This document shows, piece by piece, positions 57,070 to 64,000 of a DNA stretch of 64,000 bases. The notes beneath the pieces are model-generated. The model saw only the letters and a program-made list of their open reading frames with translations, had not been told where the DNA came from and searched no databases. This DNA comes from a virus, in the IMG/VR virus record IMGVR_UViG_3300010885_037407, positions 1 to 64,000 of that record. One strand, 5' to 3'. Numbering within the stretch: position 1 is the first letter of the stretch; each line of letters starts with the position of its first letter. The position numbers and the translations under genes were made by a program.

Positions 57070-58422
57070 TTAAAACTTTTTTTCTGCTAGAATCATATTA
57101 TGATAATCTGGACCTATCTCTAATTTTGTTGGAAACTTACCTTTTTGTTCTAATTCTTCTTTTATTATTTTTAATACTTTTGCACCATCTCTTTTGTCAA
57201 AATCAAACAAAAACGAATCATAGGTATATAATATCAACTTGGAAGAGTAGTTTGAAATACGTTGGAGTATATTATGAATAACGGCCATGTTTCTTTCGGT
57301 TTCATAAGACTGTAAAACATAGTTTAAAAGCTTTGCTGCATTCATATCACTGAAAAATGATTTGAACAATTTTCTTCCAAACATTGTTGTTTCAATATAA
57401 CCATCTTGTTTATATTGATTCCAAAGAAGCTGAGTATATTCATGTACTTTGGCAAAGAAAGGTATTTCCAAATACTCCTCTCCAATTCCTCCATATAATT
57501 GTTTAAATGAAATTGACTTTGTTTCAGAATATTCTGCAGGTGTTAAAGTCTCTTTACCAAAATAAAATTTACCTAAATATTCATGCACAGAACAATCTGC
57601 TGGAAATTGATAATCGACTAACTCTGCTAGTAGTCTTAAGTGATATGCATCATAATCAAAAGAAAGCATAAATCCATTTTCTCCAAATCTAGATACAAAA
57701 GATGCTCTTGCTCCATTGTCTTTGTTTAAAGCAGCATAGTTAATACCACCAAATCGATTTGAAGGTCTTCCTGTTGTAGTATAGATGTTATATTCTGTAT
57801 AAGCAAAGTTATCATATAAAGGTGCTTCATTGAATTTTGTTTTGAATTGTTCATAGTTTGTAAATAAACCATTTTGTTCTATTTGATAAAGTGAATCCAA
57901 TATCAAATTGTTGTATTTGTCAAATGCTGGATCTTCTTTGAAATAATCATATACATCTAAAAATCTTTGAGTAATAGATTGTGACTTTTCAATGTGCTTG
58001 GTAATTGGAATAATAGTATTTAAGTTGCTAAACTTTCCAAAATTTCTAGTAAAGAAATCATGTGCTGGTGTATCAAAGTCATCTTCAATAGGTTGATTCC
58101 TATGAAAATATTCTACCATATTAATATCAATTATATTGTCATGATCAAGAAACCGTTTAAATCGCTTCTTGCCATACACAAATAATTTTCTATCTAAAGG
58201 GAATTGTTTAAGAAGCTCTTCTGATAATGGTAAGCCTTCAGTATGGTTGAAAACTATCATAACTTCTTTGTCTAAATTAACAACATATATATAAATTACT
58301 GAAATTGAATCTGTATATACCGGTCTTTCTCCATTACAGTATGTTGGAACTACAATCCAATCATATGCGCTGCTTTGGTCTAGGAAGGAATCAAATTCTA
58401 ATTTGGTCTCTATTATTTTCAT
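57070..58422 (-). CDS. Compact family A DNA polymerase-like protein
   Basis: TTTGRPS, FDYDAYHLRL (motif A), K..SFKQLYG (motif B), NY.LQS, YTYDSFLFD (motif C); no 5'-3' exonuclease domain. Confidence 0.85.
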   Translation of the reverse strand: MKIIETKLEFDSFLDQSSAYDWIVVPTYCNGERPVYTDSISVIYIYVVNLDKEVMIVFNHTEGLPLSEELLKQFPLDRKLFVYGKKRFKRFLDHDNIIDINMVEYFHRNQPIEDDFDTPAHDFFTRNFGKFSNLNTIIPITKHIEKSQSITQRFLDVYDYFKEDPAFDKYNNLILDSLYQIEQNGLFTNYEQFKTKFNEAPLYDNFAYTEYNIYTTTGRPSNRFGGINYAALNKDNGARASFVSRFGENGFMLSFDYDAYHLRLLAELVDYQFPADCSVHEYLGKFYFGKETLTPAEYSETKSISFKQLYGGIGEEYLEIPFFAKVHEYTQLLWNQYKQDGYIETTMFGRKLFKSFFSDMNAAKLLNYVLQSYETERNMAVIHNILQRISNYSSKLILYTYDSFLFDFDKRDGAKVLKIIKEELEQKGKFPTKLEIGPDYHNMILAEKKF

Positions 58423-58429
58423 ATCCTAG

Positions 58430-58461
58430 ACAATATAAGTAATTCTTTTAATCTATACAAA
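58430..58461 (-). promoter_or_regulatory. -33/-7 promoter upstream of the PolA-like gene
   Basis: TTTG-N20-TATATTGT. Confidence 0.55.
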
Positions 58462-59091
58462 TAACTTTTTAATATTATCATCAACATATTTAGAATGTAC
58501 TGATAATTCTATATAATCGGTTATAAAGTCTTTTAATCCAGGAAATTCTCTATTCTTTAAAAGTGCCATTCTTTGATTAGTTGAATATACTCCAAAAATT
58601 GTATTATGCCCAGTTATTTCATCATAAAATGGACCTGTCAATTTCCAATCCAATGCAAGTACATTATACAATGACTTATCAATTCCATTTTTTGATTTGG
58701 ACCAAAGTTTAAATTGTGCTTTATCAATTTCAAAAATATCTTCAAAAGTACTTCTATTACGTCTTTGTATAAAATACCGCACTATTTTACCATTTTCATA
58801 ATCTTCTAAAGTAGGCAAATTAAATGCATAATAAGGAGCTTTATGTTCTTCACGTTTTTTTAATTGACTATATACATAATTATCAGGCTGAGCTATTGTA
58901 TTAACATATTTAATTAATATTTTTGATTCCATATTATGATATATGGGACCGGTCATATATATACCGTCTATATAACTATGATAATAGCCTATATATTCTG
59001 TACCATCTTCTAACATCCATTCTTTACCAATAGTGTAAAGATTGTTGATAATATGTGACGCTGGATAATATAATTTTTTTCTAGTTGCCAT
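58453..59091 (-). CDS. Putative baseplate/virion protein
   Basis: LYT.G.E......YIGYYH, PT.EDY..G.I.RYF, W.LTG; structural-module context. Confidence 0.55.
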   Translation of the reverse strand: MATRKKLYYPASHIINNLYTIGKEWMLEDGTEYIGYYHSYIDGIYMTGPIYHNMESKILIKYVNTIAQPDNYVYSQLKKREEHKAPYYAFNLPTLEDYENGKIVRYFIQRRNRSTFEDIFEIDKAQFKLWSKSKNGIDKSLYNVLALDWKLTGPFYDEITGHNTIFGVYSTNQRMALLKNREFPGLKDFITDYIELSVHSKYVDDNIKKLFV

Positions 59092-59098
59092 AATTGTA

Positions 59099-60898
59099 TT
59101 AACTTAATAACCTACAAATAGTTTGTAATGATGTAGTCCAGTCATTTGCTGAAATAGTATGCTCTACTTTGGTAATAGTAAACGCTATTTTTGTTTTTTG
59201 ATATACAGTAGGTAAATAATTTGTAGAAATTACATTGCCAAATACAAATCCTTCAATACCATCTAAAGTACATGAAAAGTCTATTGGAAATGGAATTGCT
59301 TCATTTGAATTACTCGATCCAGAATTTTGTTCTGTATATACTCTTTTTAGAGCTTCTTGCAGTGCGGATACGTGTGCTGAAGTTGGACCTGCCGGGCCTT
59401 TATCACTTTTTGTATCTTTAGCATCCATTGGTTTTTTAGCTTCTTCTAAATCTTGCATTGCAGTCGGGTCAGTTTTTGCAGGTTCGTTTGATAACGCGCC
59501 ATAATTTGCTTTACCTGTAGCTGATGAATCAGTTCCTATAAATGCCGTGGCTGCCATTGCTGACGGAATTTTTGCTTGCAATGATATACTTCTAGCTATA
59601 CTATTATTAACAACTGCAGATATTACATAAGGTGTTATTTTGTCATCTATATAATTAGTATCTTGAATCCAAAATTCAGTTTCTTTTTTAGGATTTTGTA
59701 CAATAGATAATTTAAATCTAGTTCCACTGTTTTTATATATTGAATCAAAAATAATACCTAATAATTTTGATGTAGACGAATCTGTAGATTTCTGATTGTC
59801 ATCTTTTTTCGACCCCATATCTGAAATTTGTTTTGTAATCCAGTCTATATTAATCATAATTGCACTAGCGTCTCCTTTGCCCATTGCGCCTATAAATCCG
59901 CCATCACTAAATCCATAATCATGTTCCCCGCCATATTTTCCATATCCAGGAAATACTACTTCTAAAAAATTACCAGATACTAATTTTGCATTGTCAGTTA
60001 CTGGATTAACTTTAGTTACATTCGCGTCACATAGTATTTCCAAATCATCTAATGCCTTTCCTGATGCTGCTCTTAATCTATCTTTTAAAAGTATTATTAA
60101 ATATTGTAATGAAATATAAAAATGTGGAGTATCCGTTGATTCTATATCTGTTGATTCTGTAGATGCTTCAGCTGCTCCATAAGAACTTGGAAACACTAAA
60201 CATCCAATATGATTTGCAATTAATCCATGGGCTAAATCTTTGGCCTTTGCTTGAGCTATAGTTAATTGTCCAGTTAATGAATTTCCTATAATAGTATCAT
60301 TTAATGCATCAGTAACTTTTGCAGCTGATGCTGCAGCCGCATTAGCATGAGTACTTAATATAGCTATACCTTTACTCATTCCATAACACATACAATCAAA
60401 TCCTCCTATTGGCGTAACTTGATATGTAAAGTTATAGACAATACCTTTGAAATATCCACTTTTGCCTCCTGCTCCTCCAGCTTGATTCCATCCATAATTT
60501 ACTGTTAAATCTGCTGATAGATCAAAAAATGCTTGTGCTGCGTTTAAATCTACTAAATTATAAACTGTAAATGCTAATTCGCATTTTTTAATAGAACCAA
60601 AATCTCCTTCATTGTAAATTTTAACTGAAGTAATGTGAGGTTTCGGTAACCACTTTCCAGCAGATGATTGGCCTGGCTCGTATAATCCTCCACCAGAAAT
60701 ACCTCCGCCTGTCGGTAATTTAAGTGATGCTCCTCTGTTAGATAATTTATGATGTGCACTTGCCGACGCCCATGCCATTTTTCTTGTTAGCCATGCATGA
60801 GCATCAGATGTTCGTGAAGTAGCTCCATAATGTGCTTTACGTGCGTTAAGTGCTCCTACAACACCTCCATCTACTTGCGTATAAAATATAGTTTCCAC
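59099..60898 (-). CDS. Putative baseplate hub (gp27/GpD-like) protein, GTG start
   Basis: P.ITSV, YGWN, G.V.NF.Y; C-terminal LDGIEG...GN, F.IT.V.H.I...DWTT. Confidence 0.6.
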   Translation of the reverse strand: METIFYTQVDGGVVGALNARKAHYGATSRTSDAHAWLTRKMAWASASAHHKLSNRGASLKLPTGGGISGGGLYEPGQSSAGKWLPKPHITSVKIYNEGDFGSIKKCELAFTVYNLVDLNAAQAFFDLSADLTVNYGWNQAGGAGGKSGYFKGIVYNFTYQVTPIGGFDCMCYGMSKGIAILSTHANAAAASAAKVTDALNDTIIGNSLTGQLTIAQAKAKDLAHGLIANHIGCLVFPSSYGAAEASTESTDIESTDTPHFYISLQYLIILLKDRLRAASGKALDDLEILCDANVTKVNPVTDNAKLVSGNFLEVVFPGYGKYGGEHDYGFSDGGFIGAMGKGDASAIMINIDWITKQISDMGSKKDDNQKSTDSSTSKLLGIIFDSIYKNSGTRFKLSIVQNPKKETEFWIQDTNYIDDKITPYVISAVVNNSIARSISLQAKIPSAMAATAFIGTDSSATGKANYGALSNEPAKTDPTAMQDLEEAKKPMDAKDTKSDKGPAGPTSAHVSALQEALKRVYTEQNSGSSNSNEAIPFPIDFSCTLDGIEGFVFGNVISTNYLPTVYQKTKIAFTITKVEHTISANDWTTSLQTICRLLS

Positions 60899-61218
60899 TA
60901 TCTAGAAGTATTTTGTTCTTGTAACATTAATAAAACTTGTTGATAATCTGCAGGTACTCTTATTTGAGACTCTGGTTCTAAATATAATGAATCCTTTCGT
61001 AACTCTGGATTTGCAGCTGCTATTATCCACCATAAATCTACATTGGAATAATATTTCCATGCTAATAAATCCAATCGCTCTCCAAATGAAGTTATAACAT
61101 ATATATCATCATCTTGTTTTTCAATTACAGGATCGATTAATGAGTCATAATATCTTCTTTTGTTATCTAAATCTAGTTTGGCTGGCTGAGTAAATGCGTA
61201 ATTGTTATACCTGCTCAT
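60898..61218 (-). CDS. LysM-like baseplate wedge protein (gp53/gpX-like)
   Basis: ERLDLLAWKYY...LWWIIA.AN...QIRVP. Confidence 0.8.
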   Translation of the reverse strand: MSRYNNYAFTQPAKLDLDNKRRYYDSLIDPVIEKQDDDIYVITSFGERLDLLAWKYYSNVDLWWIIAAANPELRKDSLYLEPESQIRVPADYQQVLLMLQEQNTSR

Positions 61219-61240
61219 ATTTCATTATATTTAAAATTAA

Positions 61241-63535
61241 TTAATCTTCGTCTTTAAAGACAGTTGCTCTTCTTCCACGAAGCCAATTTCCTGCTTCTTC
61301 ATCCGTTCCACTGCCGCCTCCTGTTGAAAGACTATATGCTCTACCCATTTGCTCTGGTCTATAATCTCCAATTATTTGAAATGACATTGCAACCTCAACT
61401 ATCATGGGAAGTTGCTTTGGAGTACGATTTCCAGCTGCATTGTCTTCTGCAATATCCCAAGTTGCGTCATCTGGAATAGTATATGACAATGAAGTTATGA
61501 ATCCAGGAGTTTCTTGAAATAAATCTCCAATCGTAATTCGCATCATAGGCCCAGAAGGTTTAGATCCTCCATTAATATCAGGCATAGTATATGAAGCTAA
61601 ATAATTTATTTTTCTCCACATAGGTATCATTTCAGATCTTGACATCGCTGCTGCAATAAAATTAAATGATACTGATCTTTCGAAAGATGAGTATAAATAT
61701 GCTCCGTCTGGTCGTCCCATAATATCTATCCTATTCCATGAAGGTGAGAATGAATCAGAGAATCCTGTCATTGTACACCGAAACGGCATTACATTTTGTC
61801 CTTGCACACCGTCTTGAAAATAAAATTTAATTAAGTCTTTTGCAGTATCCGGGTATATTTGTTCAAGTCCTACATTTGCTATATCCAACGCATTAACACG
61901 GTCACCACGAAAATCTTTATTTAATGCTAATATTGTTCTTTGTTTAGTATTAAAATTAGACTCATTTAATATAAATTTATTTGGATCGGATCTATCAACA
62001 TCTTTAGCACCTAGATTTCCAAATCCATACTTTTTTTCTAAATTGCTATTTTCATAATACTTCTCATCCTGTTTACCTAAAAACGACTTGGCTCCTTTGT
62101 CTCCACTTGGCTCTTTAACTTTATTTCTGAAATCTTGTGGTATTGTAGTAGTTGCTCTTGATAAATCATTATACGCTAATACAGCATAACTTTTAATATT
62201 CGTTTTTGGAAAGCTAGCTGGTCGGCCATCAATATTTTCTGCTTTTGATCTAATACCATCTTGAAGTGTTCCAGGTGCTTGATCATAATTATCTGCATAC
62301 TTACTAAATTTACTATTTAATGAATCTAAAGCATCATCAACAGCTTTTGCTGTTCGTGGACTTCCTTCAGGCCCTCCATATTTCGAACCGTCAGGACTTG
62401 CACTTGTTTTCCACGCATTAATAGATATTATTGACGCATATTGCGATTTAATATAATATTTAGTATTCCATTTTTGTCTATCAGCAGCCTCTATAGATGC
62501 ATCTTTTGAATTAGTATATCTTCTAATAGTAGTAGTTCCTATTCCATATACAGACCCTGGGCCTGCTAATCCTGAAAGTTCTTTGATGGGCGCTCCTTTG
62601 AATCCTGTAATAATACTATCAAAACCTAACATTTCACTTTTAAGTTTTATTAAACGGCTATATGGTTCTTTAGGAGATAATCTCTGTTTTTCTCTTAATA
62701 CATTTTCATAGCTAGATGCGTCATTTAAAAATGGAAGTCCATGTTTAGTAAAATGTAATCCAAATGCAGTGGTTGGCACTGATAGCAATGATGTTAAACC
62801 TGAATGTATTCTAGTTTGTCTAGTAAATGCACCTCCAACAGCTTCTACTTTTGGATTTGTTAAACCTAAACCTACTTGTTTAACTACCCATAATAAACCT
62901 TTTGGTGATGCCATCCATTTTGCTATTCTAACAGTATCTAATGCAGAACGTTCCAAAGCAGTTACCATACCACCTCGAATCAATCCATCATCAAATGTAC
63001 TACCCCATCGTTTTCCAATATCTCTTAACACTAATGGATGTTTCATATAACTAGGGTTATATGCATCATCACGTAAATTGAATTTTTTATATTCAGCGTC
63101 TAATGCCGAAGGAGAGTTTTTTTCTGTTGAGCGAGTATACAATAAACTTTTATTTGGTTGACCTGTAATCGATTGAATTACATTTCCGTATTTATTTTTA
63201 TCATTATATCCTTTTACAGAAAATTTCTTTGTTGCAGTTGCTCCTGATTTCAAATATCTAAATATTGAACCGTCAGGTAATTGATTGTCCAATGAAGCAT
63301 TTCCAACTTGTAACACAGATGTTGGTACTGCATGATTGTATGTAGAACCTTGAATACCTAATATATTAGATTTGTTTTTATCGCTAGCTTTACTTGTAAA
63401 ACCTTTTGCTCCAGATTTCTTATCATCGAAAAAATTAACTTCTCCTGGTATTGTTACTAGAGATGTTAATTTGCTTTCATGAGAAAAGTCGGAACGGAAA
63501 TTTGATAATATAGATTTTAAATCAATTAGTGCCAT
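61241..63535 (-). CDS. Baseplate/tail-tube initiator-like protein
   Basis: C-terminal FSDSFSPSW...GR...Y.Y..FERSVSF.F, P..RITIGD, PGFI.SL.Y tube-like domain. Confidence 0.65.
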   Translation of the reverse strand: MALIDLKSILSNFRSDFSHESKLTSLVTIPGEVNFFDDKKSGAKGFTSKASDKNKSNILGIQGSTYNHAVPTSVLQVGNASLDNQLPDGSIFRYLKSGATATKKFSVKGYNDKNKYGNVIQSITGQPNKSLLYTRSTEKNSPSALDAEYKKFNLRDDAYNPSYMKHPLVLRDIGKRWGSTFDDGLIRGGMVTALERSALDTVRIAKWMASPKGLLWVVKQVGLGLTNPKVEAVGGAFTRQTRIHSGLTSLLSVPTTAFGLHFTKHGLPFLNDASSYENVLREKQRLSPKEPYSRLIKLKSEMLGFDSIITGFKGAPIKELSGLAGPGSVYGIGTTTIRRYTNSKDASIEAADRQKWNTKYYIKSQYASIISINAWKTSASPDGSKYGGPEGSPRTAKAVDDALDSLNSKFSKYADNYDQAPGTLQDGIRSKAENIDGRPASFPKTNIKSYAVLAYNDLSRATTTIPQDFRNKVKEPSGDKGAKSFLGKQDEKYYENSNLEKKYGFGNLGAKDVDRSDPNKFILNESNFNTKQRTILALNKDFRGDRVNALDIANVGLEQIYPDTAKDLIKFYFQDGVQGQNVMPFRCTMTGFSDSFSPSWNRIDIMGRPDGAYLYSSFERSVSFNFIAAAMSRSEMIPMWRKINYLASYTMPDINGGSKPSGPMMRITIGDLFQETPGFITSLSYTIPDDATWDIAEDNAAGNRTPKQLPMIVEVAMSFQIIGDYRPEQMGRAYSLSTGGGSGTDEEAGNWLRGRRATVFKDED

Positions 63536-63547
63536 ATATGTTATTTA

Positions 63548-64000
63548 TTATCCGTTAGTACCATAACCGCTATCCACTTTGGTATTATATGTTTTTCTCA
63601 ATGTAGTTTGCTTTTCTATTTCGTCAATAACTCTTCCGCCTATATTAATTTTTACTGGCTGAGAAGTTGCAGCAATTAATTGTTTTAATAAACTAGCAAT
63701 TTCTGTATTGTCTTGTTGCTGTGGACTTATTATATTACTTACTGCGGACATTGCTGAAGTTGCTAAATCTCCTAATCCACTTAAAAAATTTCCATTTTCA
63801 GGAGTACTTGATGTACTAGAAGTACCATCTAAATCAGTACCAGCTACAAGAGAATCATTTTTATTTAATTGAAATGAACCTTTTCGTCCTGAAACTACTA
63901 AACCTCCTGACGGGTCTATTTTAGCATCATCTTCATGCTTAACAGAAGCTTCCTCCATACTGCTTGAAGCTTCTTTAGATTTATCATTATCTAAATTTAA
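63548..64000 (-). CDS. C-terminal part of a probable tape-measure protein (5' end outside window)
   Basis: DD..I...G, L...D...AGT.L, LL.QLI, V.INIGG..I; frame runs to the window edge. Confidence 0.55.
   Translation of the reverse strand, partial: LNLDNDKSKEASSSMEEASVKHEDDAKIDPSGGLVVSGRKGSFQLNKNDSLVAGTDLDGTSSTSSTPENGNFLSGLGDLATSAMSAVSNIISPQQQDNTEIASLLKQLIAATSQPVKINIGGRVIDEIEKQTTLRKTYNTKVDSGYGTNG

Overview
The window is a 64 kb, AT-rich segment of a large T4-like (myovirus-type) dsDNA phage. Essentially all real genes lie on the minus strand in the standard genetic code. The host is most likely Bacteroidota (Flavobacteriales-like), based on repeated TTTG-N20-TAnnTTTA promoters, A-rich starts mostly lacking Shine-Dalgarno sequences, a class Id-type RNR beta subunit and an Hc1-like protein. 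In transcription order (high to low coordinates) it contains: (1) the end of a tail/baseplate module; (2) a replication module with a PolA-like polymerase, gp32-like SSB, UvsX/RecA, 5'-3' exonuclease, gp41-like helicase, RNR, thioredoxin and dUTPase; (3) a 7-deazaguanine DNA-modification cluster (QueD, QueE, FolE, a DpdL-like T-fold protein and a DpdA/TGT-like transglycosylase, with no QueC in the window) interleaved with PolB, three GT-B glycosyltransferases, a radical SAM enzyme and GroES/GroEL; (4) clamp, clamp loader, GIY-YIG endonuclease, dNMP kinase and a PD-(D/E)XK exonuclease; (5) a roughly 18.7 kb glycan-biosynthesis island; (6) small putative head-internal and accessory genes. The leading candidates for something new are a replication-coupled, possibly glycosylated deazaguanine DNA modification, recurrent long-range inverted repeats that enclose whole genes or start regions, and a set of apparently capsid-targeted effector enzymes. 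All calls come from reading motifs by eye; no database searches were run.
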